In this document: piece by piece, positions 1 through 15,977 of the stretch
Position numbering within the stretch: position 1 is the first letter of the stretch
How the letters are laid out: every line of letters begins with the position of its first letter
Assembly: GCF_009914755.1 (NCBI RefSeq)
Contig: NC_060939.1
Length of the DNA: 64,000 nt
Source of the DNA: the human T2T-CHM13v2.0 reference genome, Homo sapiens
Strand: one strand, 5' to 3'
Position numbers and translations under genes: made by a program
Notes under the pieces: model-generated
Database searches by the model: none
Told to the model about the DNA's origin: nothing
What the model saw: only the letters and a program-made list of their open reading frames with translations

Positions 1-853
1 ATGACACTATTTTACATTCCCACCAGCACGCATGAGGGTCCCAATTTCTCTACATTCTTGCCAGCACTTACTATTGCTCTTCTTTTTGATTACAGCCATC
101 TTAGTGGACGTAAAGTGGTATCTCATTGTGATTTTGATTTGCACTTCCTGACGATTAACCCATTTATGAGGGAGGTTGCAATTTTTTGAATTGCAGACGT
201 GTGAAAAATCAGACCTTGGTGATGACCTTGAGCAGTAGGATATAAATAACTCCCACAGGTTTAGCATTCCAGTAGTGGAACGCTAGGCATAAATGGGATT
301 CAACGATACTGGCATCTTTTCATGTGCTTATTATCTATTTGTATGTTGCCTTTGGAGATATGTCTACTCAAGTCCTTTGCCACTTTTTAATTGGCTTGTC
401 TTTTTTTTGTTGATTCATAAGAGTTATTTACATATTCTGGATATTAGACCCTTTTCAGATATAGGATTTGCAAACATTGTCTCCCACACTGTGGGTTGTC
501 TTTTCAATTTATTTATTTTGTGATGGGGGGAGATTAGGGAATACGAAGAATGCCTGTTCTCTTTACTGACGGTATCATTTAAAGCACAAAAGTTTTAAAT
601 ATTGATGAAGCTCATTGTACCTATTTTTTTTCTTTTGTCACTTATGTTTTTGGTGTCATATCTAAGCAACCATTCCTTAATCCAAGGTCATGAAGACTTA
701 CTCCTGTGTTTTCTTCTGAAAGTCTTATAGTTTTAGCTCTTATGTTTAGGTCTATGATCCATTTTGAGTTAATTTTTGTGTATAGTATGAGGAAGGGGTC
801 CAACTTCATTCCTTTACAGGTAGATATACACTTGTCCCAGCATCATCTATTGA
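1..853 (-). mobile_element. Old L1 (L1M-type) ORF2 3' fragment, interrupted by MER85
   Basis: Antisense L1 hallmarks TTTACATTCCCACCAGCA, GTGGTATCTCATTGTG and TTGTCCCAGCATCAT; sequence resumes in register after 297. Confidence 0.85.
159..297 (-). mobile_element. MER85 (PGBD3-derived piggyBac MITE)
   Basis: 139 bp; TIRs CCCATTTATG (159) and CATAAATGGG (297); TTAA at 155-158; interior is the reverse complement of the recalled MER85 consensus (GGGAGTTATTTATATCCTACTGCTCAAGGTCATC). Confidence 0.92.
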
Positions 854-869
854 ATTCTTTAGTTAAGAA

Positions 870-935
870 GCACTGAATCCTAGTCCAACATCTTCATTTT
901 ACAGATAAGAAAATTTTGGCCCAGAAAGATCATGT
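870..935 (-). mobile_element. MIR fragment
   Basis: CATTTTACAGATAAGAAA...GGCCCAGA, antisense MIR core. Confidence 0.6.
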
Positions 936-1323
936 TAAAATTACTTTGTGTTGAGAATAAAAGAAAATACATCTGAAAGAAGATATACCAAGTCAATAAT
1001 AATAACAACAAAAAAAGAACATACAGAGAAAGAGAAAACTTTTTGTTTCTGTTCTTCAGAATTTCTAAGTCCAGTGAGAGAGGTAAACAGTACAACATGG
1101 GATGTTCAGGACTAATCACAGAAATATACAAAGTGGGGGTGAAATCATAGAGAAAAGCCTGCTTAACTGCCTGGTGATTTAAGCTAAGATTCACCAGGGA
1201 GGATCATTCTAGGCAAAACAAACAAAAAAAAACCCCTCGTATACAAAAGCCTCTCAGCTGGAATGTTATGGGAAGTGTACATGTGGCAAGATCTTAAGTT
1301 GAGGCAAAAGGAAAGCGGAGTGA

Positions 1324-2395
<1,072 letters not shown>

Positions 2396-2867
2396 ACGCC
2401 TAAACTAAGGCAGTGATGATGTAGACAGAGAAGAGCACATGTACTCTCAGCACAATTTAGAAAGTGGGCTGGCAGTGCTGCTCTTTGGTGGTAGAGAACA
2501 CAGGGTGATGTTCGTCTCTGGACTTCAATGTGCCTAACTCACACCCCATCCCCCAGAATGATGACAAAGCTTTTGCTGAACTTGCTACTCTGAACAGTTT
2601 GCCCTCCTGGTTCATGGCCTCTCATGGAAGTAACAAAAAGTACATAGTCTTTTAAAATGTCTTGGGAGCTGTGTTTTCTTTCCTGCTGAAGCTTTGTAAA
2701 GTAGACCTTCCAATTCTCTAGGAAGCAAAGGTTCTTTTAAACCATAGGCTTCAACTTCCCAAAGTTGTTTAAGGATTCTAGTGCTAGCCAATGATACAGT
2801 ATTACTTTTGTCTTCAACTGGTATCTTTCAAAGGATTTATATTTCTCAAAATTAAAAAGTTGTACCC

Positions 2868-3097
2868 GGCCGGGCGCGGTGGCTCACACCTGTAATCTCA
2901 GCACTTCGGGAGGCCGAGGCGGGTGGATCACAAGGTGAGGAGTTTGAGACCAGTCTGGCCAACATAGTGAAACCCCGTCTCTACTAAAAATACAAAAAAA
3001 AAAAAAAAAAAAAAAAAAAAGCTGGGTGTGGTGGTGTGTGCCTGTAATCCCAGCTACTTGGGAGGCTGAGGAAGGAGAATTGGGTGAACCCGGGAGT
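2868..3097 (+). mobile_element. AluS, 3'-truncated, with expanded middle A-tract
   Basis: Starts GGCCGGGCGCGG; about 27 A in the linker; stops after GAACCCGGGAG with no tail. Confidence 0.9.
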
Positions 3098-6000
3098 CAG
3101 TACCCTAGTTCCAAGACAATATTTTATTTTCTTTTGAACTTCATTCACTCAAGTCTTTATTCAGAGTGTAAGTTCCTAGAGGGTGGGGACTGTGCATCTC
3201 ATTTAGCTTAGTAACTCAAGAGCTTAACAAAGTTCCTAACCCATGGCAGGGGCTTATTGAGAATTGTACAGGTTTCCTACCGTCAACACTGTTATCTATT
3301 AGCTCTTTTCAGCTTCAGTTACCTGCAAGCATCTGGGCCGGGTTCAACTGCAAAAGGATCTCACCCATATAAGAGGAAAAAGGGCAGTAGAGGAAGGAAC
3401 CTGGAAGTTGACCTCTGCACATTTCTGGATCTTTTTTGTGGTGCTGGCATGTTGTGGGCCTGGCAGGAACAGGCTTCCAGTTCCTGTCTGTCTTATCACT
3501 ATCTCCACCTTTCTTATCAGTTAGCTACGTGGGGGGCTTTCTGTCCTACAGATCCTTTATACTTGGCACGCTTTTTTCTTGGCCTTACTCAGTACTGAGG
3601 GTGAACATTTGTATGCTACTATTTATTTTAAGTGTTTTGCTTTATAAAGACCTATATTCTGTTGGTAAAACTGTTTTCTAAAATTAAAACATATTTATTG
3701 ATAATAAAAGGCAAAATTGCAGCTAAATTTTCTTCTTCTGTGGGAGTGACACACTAAGAGTACCCTTCCAATTCTGTGATTTGAAGGTTCAAGAAACCAC
3801 GAACGTTCCTGTGAGCCAAAAGCTTTATAATTTGCTTGAGTTGAAAATCTACAAGTGAATTTTAACAGGATAAGCAATCCGTAACAGGACCAGGAAACTA
3901 TTCAAGGACAAGAATAGACTGTTTTTCTTGGTTTTAGCTACACAAATCAACACCAATCCTTCTGATAAGACGAGAATTACTCTTTCAACAGTTACCGACA
4001 GTAGCAAATGCCACGAAGATATTAACAAACAGCACCAATTTAAAGCCTAAGAGCATGGGGAATGCAGCTGGTGATTCTTACAAATGTTAATGTAAACTCT
4101 GCAGTTTATTCCACTCCACATTGCTAAAAATTTTACCCTGCCAGGCCCACTGCAACCTCAAAATAATACTCTTCCCAACATAAAGGGCTGCTTCTTTTAA
4201 CTTCTCCAGAGTGATTTTTACAAGGAAGGAAAGTTGCCATATCTCTAAGACCCTAGGGGAGTTTAGAATATGATCAAGTTCCGAAGAAGTGCATTTTTGA
4301 TTTGTAAAAATTATTTTAACAAATATTGGTCAAATGAGTGAACTGCATTCATGTGCATAAATATGTAGAACATCTGCAAACCTCTCACATGCATCCAGAG
4401 GAATACTACTCTCCTGAGGAGGCTTGGAGCAAGGAGGCCTAGCAAAGATGGACATGCACCGAGCAATGTGCGGGATCTGGGCTGGACACCATGATAAATA
4501 TCAAATGAACCAGAGGGTCCATTAAAAGCTGGCTGGAGAAAAAAGTCACATAAAGCGAGGTGAATGTGGAAAAGTGAGGGGTGAGTTAAGACAAGCTGAA
4601 AAGCTAAAGAAATAGAAGTAGAGTGTTTAAGAGAAACATGTACCCAGTTTTATTGAGATCAATTCAAATCGCCAGGCACTGTGCTAGGAGACAGGGAACA
4701 CAAGCTATTTAAGAGAAGCTTTCTGCCCTTGATTGTAATGAGACAGAAATAAATCTGCAATTAACAATCATAAAGGCATACTTTCATCTTGGGCACTTGG
4801 AAGAAAGGAAACATAGAGCTGACATAAACTTTGATGTAAATGCAGCTTTAAGCACTTTTTCTTTTTCTTTCAGTGATATGGCACCTTCTCCTTTTCAAAA
4901 ATAGCAGCATATTAATTCTCTGTTAAATCTTTTCTTTGAAATTTGCGTTTATGTCTGGCATGATTTTACCCCATGTCACCTGGTCCTGCTCCCCGCATTC
5001 TTGTTCCTTCTGGCAACACCCACCCAAATTTCAACACATTTTTCCGTCACAAATTTAGCATTAGCTTAAGTCATTAACTATATTTACAGCTTGTCTTCAT
5101 CCTTACTGAAACATAAAGGATGGTTGCAATAAACAGTGTGTTTTGTTTATGAAGAAAAATGTCCATTTTAAATCAGTCTGCTTGAATACATCATTTCTGT
5201 ATTTGAACATGGCTTTGGCAGATGCAGGGAAGGATGAAAACTCCACACTCACTGGAAAACAAATAGGCAGCATTCTTCATTTTATTATGTGAACTCCCCA
5301 CACAGTATGTCATGTGGAATTTGTGTGGGATTTTATTTACTATATCACAAAAGCTGTCCTTACTGTATATTTATGCAGAAAAAAAACAGGCTGCTTTTAT
5401 GTAAGTCAAATGTCACATCAGAAAATAATACCCCGGAATGTCTGGAAAGTATTCTGGTGTTTTTGATCCATTAAAAAATATAATTTGTCTTTCACAACAA
5501 CAAATTAACTGAAGGGGTAAGGTATGTTTAATAAAAAATAACGAGGCCGTCTGGCTGGAGACCGAGCTGTCAGGAACCTGGAGAAGGAGATCTGCAGGCT
5601 CTTTCCAGGGGCCGCCCTAACCTGAGACAACCAGGAAGACAGCGGGATGGCCCCCAGCACACAAGGACCCACAAGAGCCACCGTCACCCTGAGCACTCAG
5701 AAAGATACTCAGACTGAGCCTGAGCGCGTCTTCACTCAGTTCCAGTTTCATTCACGTGGGTACTCAAAGATGCCTATGCTTCCAGTTGTTTCTGTGTTCT
5801 CTGTGTTCTCCTGCAGAATCCATTGAACTGGACTTAAGACATTTATTTCAGACAAATAAGATAAATTATGTAGTATATAAAATGTAAAAGGTGGAAAGAG
5901 CAATTTCTGACTGACACAGGAACATTCCTGGACACGAGAAAATTCAACCCATCGATGTTGAGCGAGACTCAGACCAGACATGCTGTTTGTGGCTAATATT

Positions 6001-6381
6001 AGAAGTCATTTAACTGTCAAAGCAAATGGCACTTTATGAGCAAGAAATCAACTGAAAAAAATGAATTATTTATGGTTTTGATAAGGTCATAACCATCACA
6101 AAAGGCAACAAGGGCAAAACAGTAAAACTGTCTGTTCAAGTAAAAGCAGCCCTCCCTGGAAGAAGGTAACTTGCTTCCTGTCTCACTTTCACATTGGGCC
6201 TTGCTGGCTCCAACGTGGCCCATGTGTGCTATGTCAGGGGAAGTATTTCTTTCCCTTGCCACTATGTGGGAGCTTTTAATACAGTTCTCAACTCTCTATG
6301 AGCTCCTTGGGTGTGTATATTCCCTTAAAAATTATCTCAGTGTGTAAAAAATTTGTTTTAAAAACATTTTAAAGAAGAATT

Positions 6382-6980
6382 GGCTGGGCATGGTGGCTCA
6401 TGCCTGTAATCCCAGCACTCTGGGAGGCTTTGGGAGGACATGGCAAGAGGGTAGCTTGAGGTCAGGAGTTTAAGACCAGCCTGGGCAACACAGTGAGACC
6501 CTGTCCCTGCAAAACATTTTAAAAATTAAGGCTGGACGCAGTGGTTCACGCCTGTAATTCCAGCATTTTGAGAGGCCAAGGTAGGCAGATTGCTTCAGCC
6601 CAGGAGTTCCAGACCAGCCTGGACAACATAGCAAGACCTTATCTCTACAAAAAGTACAAAAATTAGCCGGGTGTGGTGGTGCATGCCAGTAGTCCCAGCT
6701 ACTTGGGAGGCTGAGGTGGGAGGATGGCTTGAGCTCAGGAGGCAGAGAGGTTGCAGTGAGCTGAGATCACACCACTGCACTCCAGCTTGGGTGATAGATT
6801 AAGATTCTGTCTCAAAAAAAAAAAAAAAAAAATCAGCTGGGCGTGGTAGTATGCACCTATAATCCCAGCTACTCAGAGGCTGAGGTGGAATGATCGTTTG
6901 AGCCTATAAGTTCAAAGTTATAGTCATGTTTTGTGCCATTGCACTCAGCATGGGTGACAGAGTGAGACCCTCTCTCAAAA
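6382..6980 (+). mobile_element. Old Alu split by a second full Alu (about 6529-6832) in its linker
   Basis: Left arm 6382-6528, complete Alu with poly-A, then right arm resumes at about 6833. Confidence 0.85.
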
Positions 6981-7439
6981 GGAAAAAATCAGCGGCAATA
7001 GCTCCTAATTCCCTCTTTGTAATTTTCCGGGCATTAAAAATAACTGGTCAGTTAGGAGGTGGCTAACTCTGCTCAATGGTTGTGCAAAAGCTTAGGATAA
7101 AATACAGAAACAGGAGCTGAGGAGGCTTCTTTCCCTTTTCAGTGTTGTGGCTTCATATAAAATCTACATGTGAGCTCTAATACTGGTCCACGCATGCCTG
7201 TGTGGCTCTCAGCGTTCTAGAGGCCAAGGCTAAGCTCACTATAATATAAATGAATAAATGAATCAGGACTGTTGAGTTCTCCTTTCAATCCCCAAGTCAA
7301 GCACAGTGTCTACCACATAATGTCAAATAAATATTTATGGAAAGGAAGAAAGGGAAGGAAAAAATAAACCAAGAGAATGAAACAGTTAGATCATGAATGG
7401 CGCTGGTATCCACTGGGTTCCCGTATTTCTTAAGAAAAT

Positions 7440-8270
7440 GAACCCTCTAAACAAAATAGCCCAAGTTTTAAGTTTGTTGAAACTTCCCTTAAAGATCAGT
7501 TCTGGGGACATAAGAGAAAGATTTTGCTACTGCTAACAAAGTTTGCAAAACTTTGAAAAGAAAGGTTTTGGCACAGGCAAAATCTGAAAAGAGTAATAAT
7601 GAGCAGAAACTGGCCCTAGCAGACAGATAATAAATCTTCACATTCTGAAGCTTCCATATTAAAAGTGTGGAACTGGAGAAGAAATAATCGACACAGCTCA
7701 ATGGATCACAACAACAAATTAAAAATATATAAGGGAATTTCATTTTCTATAAAGGTATACAATAAAGGTATATTATATTATTATAAAGGCAGCATTTCAA
7801 GAAAAGAGATTGCTTAATAAATGTGTTTCATGCAACTAGGTAACCATCTGAGAAAAATAAAGCCAGATTCCGATCTCACTCCTTATACCAAAATTAATTT
7901 CAGATGAATCAAGTTTTCCAAATGTAAAAATGAAGCCATAAGAGAAAGCGAGGGTGAACAGCGAATGTGTGAGTAATCTCAAAGGGGCATGGTCTCTTTC
8001 TATGCAGGACACAACAGTCAAACAAACAACAAACAGGAAAAATATTTCAACACAGCTACAAAGGGCTGGCTTCCTTAATTTAGAGAGATACTGTTTATTT
8101 CATCCATCACACTGGCAAAACTCTAGGGAGGGCCTGGGAAAACATTTACTGAGATACTATTGAAGGGAGTGTGTGTTAGACGTGACATCTCTGGGAGATT
8201 TGGCAGTGTTTATCAAAATTTAGAAAACATGTATCTCAGCAATCCCTGAGCCACAAATAATTTATCCTAA
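7440..8270 (+). mobile_element. Highly diverged L1ME-type ORF2/3' fragments
   Basis: CTCACTCCTTATACCAAAATTAATTTCAGATGAATC and TTTGGCAGTGTTTATCAAAATT are L1-like. Confidence 0.6.
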
Positions 8271-8509
8271 ACTCCCACTACCCAAGGTTCTGCACTAAGG
8301 TCCAGATTCCAGAAGAAGTAATGCAATCCCAAGTTCATCCTTCCTACTGTGGTCAAGGTTAAACCCCACACCCCACGATGTGACTGCTGAGGCGACTTAT
8401 CAGTCCCTTGAAGCCAAATCAGACAGGCACCTTACAGACACCGCATCACCCGCTGCCCTGTTCCACCTGCCAAGGGTCTGTGCCTCCTCACTAGACTCCA
8501 GCATCTTGA

Positions 8510-8891
<382 letters not shown>

Positions 8892-10104
8892 GTCCCTTTC
8901 CTCTTTCTAATATCACATTTATATAGCCCAGAGCAGAGGCTCAAAATAACATTAGATGGATGAACAAATAAATTACTGAATGTGTAAATCAGATAAACTA
9001 GCTAGCTAGAAGTACTAGTGGGCAGGTTAAAGACAGGATGGAATCATAGGTAAATGGTTAAGAAAAAAAAGAGAAAGGGATCCAAGAGTTTAGAATAGTT
9101 TTCTAATAAATTTAAGGTTAGTCCTGTGTGTAAAAACTATCTTTATATTAAGTATGCAAAATTATCTTATAATACACAGAGGAACCGGAGCAGACAATAA
9201 TGAATGTCAGGCATTTAGCAAGCTGGGTTAGATTTGATGAAACCGAAAACTCTTAAGCTTGGAAACTAGCTTGTTAAATAACAATGTTCCTGTAAACAGG
9301 CAGGCTAGATTTATTGTGCCCCTGGGAAATTCTCTGGAATGAACACAGAAAATGCTTCTGTTGATTAGCCTTTTTAGCTTGCGGGTGAGTGTTGACCTAA
9401 AAGGGAAAGGCTTGCCCTCCAGATTTTACATAATGTGCCCTTATCAATTCCTGTCAGGAGAACTGTCCCTGCAGGGATGTTAGGAAGACTAACGATTCTG
9501 CCTCAGTAACACAACCTGTGCTCCCAGGAGCCTGCTGCGAAACAGCAGCTTATCTCTTACACCTGCTTATGGACTAGAAAGACCAATTTTAAACAGAGGG
9601 CCAATGCAAAGAGAAGAGAAGATAAAGGACATTAATAAAGCTAACAAGTTGATTGATATATTCAAAGAGAGGAAACCGAGGCCGAGCATGTGTGATCACT
9701 GGCCCAAGGTCACGAGGGAACTGGCGGCCAGCCCCAGGACACAGAGGGCTTCCCTCCTCCAGCCACCTCCTCAACGCTAGCTGGAGAGCAGGGAGGAGGC
9801 ATTTCCCAGAGGCAAGCTCTGAATACTCCGCTGTGTTCTCACTGGACAAAGGAAAGGAAAGATACTCCTCTAAAGACGGCACTGAACACTCACTTAGAGA
9901 CGGTAACAGAAGCCTCTGTCAGCAACTCAAGGCTCATTTAACCAACTTTTGGGATATTACCCACACAGTCCTAAAAACGTATGCAAAGCAGGAAGTGAGA
10001 TAAAAGAGACCTCAAAAATTCTGAGAGTAACTATAAAATTAGACATATTAATAAACGTGCAAACGTTATAAAATGGGAAAATATATACAGTTGGTTTTTC
10101 CGGC

Positions 10105-10583
10105 TGTGGTAGCTAATCAAAAATGACATCTCCTTCCAGCTCCCCTCACTCCCACCATGCCCTCGTGGGCAAAACCTGCTATGATTTGCCCGTGTAGCCC
10201 CCTCTCTGTGAACGTAGGAGAAGCGAAGCCATTGGCTTTCTGAGACTTGCTCATCAGAAGCCTTGCTGCTGCCACCTGCGCCTCTGGGAAAGCTTGCCGT
10301 GGGAGAGGCGCAACCGCCTGGAGAGGCCTTCCTATGAGGAAGTGCGTTAGTCACGTAGGAGACGGCCCCAGCTGGCCCGGCCACCCAGCTGAGGCGCCAA
10401 GCTGCACGTGAAAAAGCCGTCTTGGGCATACAGCCCCACTGGGCATTCCCGTGAGTCCAGCCCTAACGTCATCGGACTGCAGCCCCAAGAGAGACCCGAG
10501 GGAGAACTGCCCACTCACAGAACCAAGAGGGAGAATGATCAACAATCCACAAAGTTTCTTGCAAAGCAACAGATAACTGAACC
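10105..10583 (+). mobile_element. MLT1-family (MLT1G/H-like) solo LTR
   Basis: Starts TGTGGTAG; 3' half GAGAACTGCCCACTCACAGAACC...GCAACAGATAACTGAACC resembles the MLT1 terminus. Confidence 0.6.
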
Positions 10584-13500
10584 ATTGGCTAGCCAAGCTG
10601 TACAAAAGCATTAAAATAGATTTATTGCCATAAGACATGAGAAGTATAAACAAAAAAAAGTTACTAAACAATTACAGAGCGCCTATGCCTCTTCTTTGAA
10701 TGGAAGGCCTTAGAAATACTTCCATATTTTCTGAGGTATTTTGAAGGAGTACAGGTCTGAACACACAGCACACAGCTGTCAGAAGGAAGGCCAGGCATTT
10801 ACACAGGGTGGGCTGTGGAAGAAGAAACCTCGTAGGCAGCGGGGGACACAATGGTGACTGCAGGAAGGCCTATGAGGCTGTCAGCTGGAAGACTCCTTGA
10901 TACCATTTCATTACCAGTCCAAAACACAGTCAGCTCTGCTTGTTTTTTCTCTTACAAACTCTAGTATGCTGTAGGGTTAGAGAGGTACTTATATTGTAAG
11001 CATACATGTGCAAATAACTGTGCTAGATTATGTGGCAACCTGATTTTCCCTAGATTTGTCATCTTATATTTCAATCAGACATGATGATGAAGAGCCTTGA
11101 ACTCAAATTCAAATTTAAAACAAAGATGAAAGCACAGACTAGAACAGAAAATCAAAAACACAATTCAAGGATAGTATAACAAAAACATATTTCAGATACT
11201 GAAGAAAGCTGGTCCTTTGCAATAGACCATGTTCCACGGAGGTCTGCCCTCTGACAAGCCGAGGGCCTTAAGGCACATAACCTCTTTGAGACTTGAGATC
11301 TTCAGAATTGTTTTGAAACTATTTCTTCATTGGGAAGAAAAAATGGTTCTGTGATCCTCAATGGTGGTGAAGTTCTAGGTAAGAGCTTTAAGCGAAACGA
11401 TGGAAAAAAGCAAGAACTAGGAGCTGGTACGTTAGAAGCATCTACTGCATTCAAACCCTGCATTAGGCCCCTTCATACAAACCTCCTTTAGTCCTCGTCA
11501 TGGCCCTGCACCAAGGGCTTGGTGTCCCCTCTTTGGAGAAGCCACCACACAGAAAGGTCCAGTCACCAGCAAGAGGTCGTGCGGCACGTCCACTCTGAGT
11601 GAGTCTCACAGGGGATCTCAAATGCCCTCTTTCACTCTGCAAGGTATTACCTGCACTGTGGGCTCAGCATTCCAGAGATACGCATGGGAATAGGGCCAGG
11701 TCCCTGCCTCCAAGAGCTGACAGAAGGCTGGAACAAACACACATGTGCACGCACCATTCATTTCCACAGAAAGTCATTTTTGGATTCAAAGCTGCGTTTG
11801 AAATGGGTCTTGCAGGATGAATGGGATTTCACAGATGAAAACTGGTAGAAGAAAACTGCATAGGCTCATGGATTCATTCAGCAAGCACACACACAAAGGC
11901 CTGCTGTGGGTGAAGGGCAAATTCTGTCCCTGAAGGGCAGAGTGAGTGCTGGGAGCTTCAAGCATTTCTTTTGAGGTCCGTTTAGCAAAAGAATTTCTTA
12001 TTAAATAGACAACTCACTTTATATTTTGTCACATACACTAAACACTTGTGGGAAATTCTCTCTGCCATTCAGATTTTAAAAAATTGATTCTGGATATTAG
12101 CTGTTCCCAAATTCAAAGGCGACATCCCTCACAGCAAAAACCTAACACAGGTCCTGGAAACCGACAAGGCCCTGCTGCAGGAGCTCACACTCCTGCGGTC
12201 CCTACTCCCAGGGATCAAGCCTGGCTGCTACAACTCTGTGTGCAAGAGCAAACTGTTTCTTGTGATGAGTCAGTTTCTTTTTTGAATCAAAACAGAAATG
12301 TTAAGAAAATATGGAGAGCTATTCTTTTATGATCAAGACAATTTTTGCTATGCTTTATATTCTTTTACAGTTTCCTATTTTAATATTCTCATCTGGTAGA
12401 TTTCAAGCACTGACCTCTCCCTTTCTTTCAACAAGGGTATAAGAAGACAGACTCCACTTGCTCAGACTAGGCATGGGGCTTTATGGCCTTTGGGATTTCT
12501 TAGGGGAGACTTGAGACTTGAGAGCTGGAGAACTGTCAAGCTAATGATGTACCCCTTTTCCTTGCCATTTCAACACGAACAGGTATTTCTCTCCAAATCT
12601 AGAAATCCTTCTGTAAATGGAACGGCAGATCATTATTTTGCATTTTGCTGAGAACAAGAAGTACGTGAGATATTGCACAAAGTACAGCATGAGGCATAGC
12701 TTTTACCCAACAGGCTCAAAACTCTAAATTAAAAGAAAACAAAGGGACAGAAAGAAAAGCAGTTTTCTTCTCTTCCACCTCCTCCTCCTCTCGCCTGAAA
12801 TGTACCACCCACGGGGAGTTGCACAGCTTAGGGCTTAGGCAGAGATGATATTCCATGTACTTTTTCAGGTTTCCCATTTAAGGCTGTCACCACCATTAAG
12901 CCAAATGACAGTAACGGAGGTGCGGTCACATTAATAACATGAGGGCTGTTCTAGGGCAAGATAGGGCCTGCGTCATGGCTTCCTCTATCCCTGAGAAGGA
13001 GGGTGACAGAAGAGAACGCCTGCAGGGTGACAGTAAAGGAGTGTATCAGGGATGGGGTTGCAGAGCACTGTGCAGTCCCCACTGTGGGCTGTCGGAGTCA
13101 ATCAGGCACTCGGCTCATTGGAACTTCTGTCCCCTCAGCAGTAAGGGCGGAGGGCAAACCTTGCAAACGACACATCTTAGTTGGAGGACATGATTGGGGC
13201 TGGCATCATCAACCATATGAGATGAGCCTACAACAGACAGCAGTCAGAGACAATACCCCGGGTTAAAAAAGGAATCTACCCCATTATGAAATAGAAGAAA
13301 CCTCAGCAAGTTGTTGTCTATGTTCTCTGAGCTGATAAAATGGTATTACCATGAACTAAGGGTAGCTAGTCCCTCAAAATCCATGCTAATGAAATTCTCT
13401 AAGTCCAGAAAAATGAGCAAAACCATCATTTTAAAAAAATTTAGAAATTTTTATTTTTATTTGCTTATAAACTTCATTGTGAGCTTTTGGAACAAAAAAG

Positions 13501-14242
13501 TCTGATTTCCTATTTAATGAAGAATGGCTTTTAAACACCACAACTTAATGCATAGCTGTATCAATATTACGTAAATTGACAAATGTCACACAAAATGTGG
13601 TGCCTAATTGATTTTGACATGCACGTACATAAAGTAGGACCATTCAGGTAAATACAGAGCTAATAATTACAAGAAGCAAATAATACCAATGAAAACCATT
13701 TTTTAAGGGTATTAGATTTTCATTCTCTTCCTCATCAAAAAGAAGCATGTATTGAACATCTGCCTGTGGCTAGGGTTGTAGTAAGCAGAAAACTGACTTG
13801 CCTAAAGGATGAGAAATCCTATTACATAAAGATTTTTTATTTTAAATGTAGGCCCACTCTCCACACACCCACACCCATCAGTTACCTAGCAGTTCCTTAT
13901 AAGGAGTGTGAAATCCAAGTCTGGCAACTCACTGGGGACTTCAAGCAAAACCTTCTACTCTGTCCTGTTAAGTGTGCAGCCCTATGATAAGGCACTGTGG
14001 CCATCCGCAGAATAGGCAGAAGATAAGCCTCTAATCTGTACTTTTCAACCAATACCTGGGAGGCTTTTTAAGAGTGATACTGACCTTGTTTTCATTGGTT
14101 TTATTTCATTTTACTTAAGTACTTGTTGCCATTGAAAATTACAGCCGGCCTTATTGTCTTCAATTCATTTGCATCCCCTTTTCCAACTACTATTCCTAAA
14201 GCAAATCATGCATTTGCTTTTGTGCAAGTGTCTGAGGACTAA

Positions 14243-14619
<377 letters not shown>

Positions 14620-14719
14620 AGTTCTCCTCAATATTAGGAGGAACATTGTCACCAGGCTCCCTGTGAGGTGGCATTTCCAATGACCAAATATAGTTGTTAC
14701 TTAAGTCAAAACTCTATAC

Positions 14720-15412
<693 letters not shown>

Positions 15413-15977
15413 CTCTACATGATGCAAGACGGGTCTGCTTGTGATCTTGGTTCATATAGAATAGTTTCTACTAGTATACATTCAACTGAGAATATTCAAA
15501 TGAGTAAAAACCACGTGGACTGCTGCAGCCCTCCATTCCTCTGCAGAATCCGGGTGCAATGTAACATCAGGCAGTGCTGTGAGCTGAAGCCTAAGGACCT
15601 AGCACACTCTTGACCATATCCTGAAACTGTTCCCAACCTTTTCCTGTGACACATTTATACCTCCTAAGTGCATACAACACACATTTATGAGAACACAGTG
15701 AAGCAAAAATGCTCAAGAAATGGAAGTGACTTCAGTTAATTTCAACTCAGGGTTGACTCAGTTTCTCCTCACTTTTGTCAAAATTTTCTGTGTAACATGC
15801 CAGTCTGCATTGCTTCTCTGATAGGGCAGGATTCTACAGCTAATGTTAACTAAATGAGGATGTTACATTAATTAAAACTCATTGTTCTTATAATTTCATG
15901 TAAACCAATTAACAAATGCAAAAGATTTTAGAAAACTGGTTTTAACATTTGACTCCAAGATATAAATAGAAGTATTT

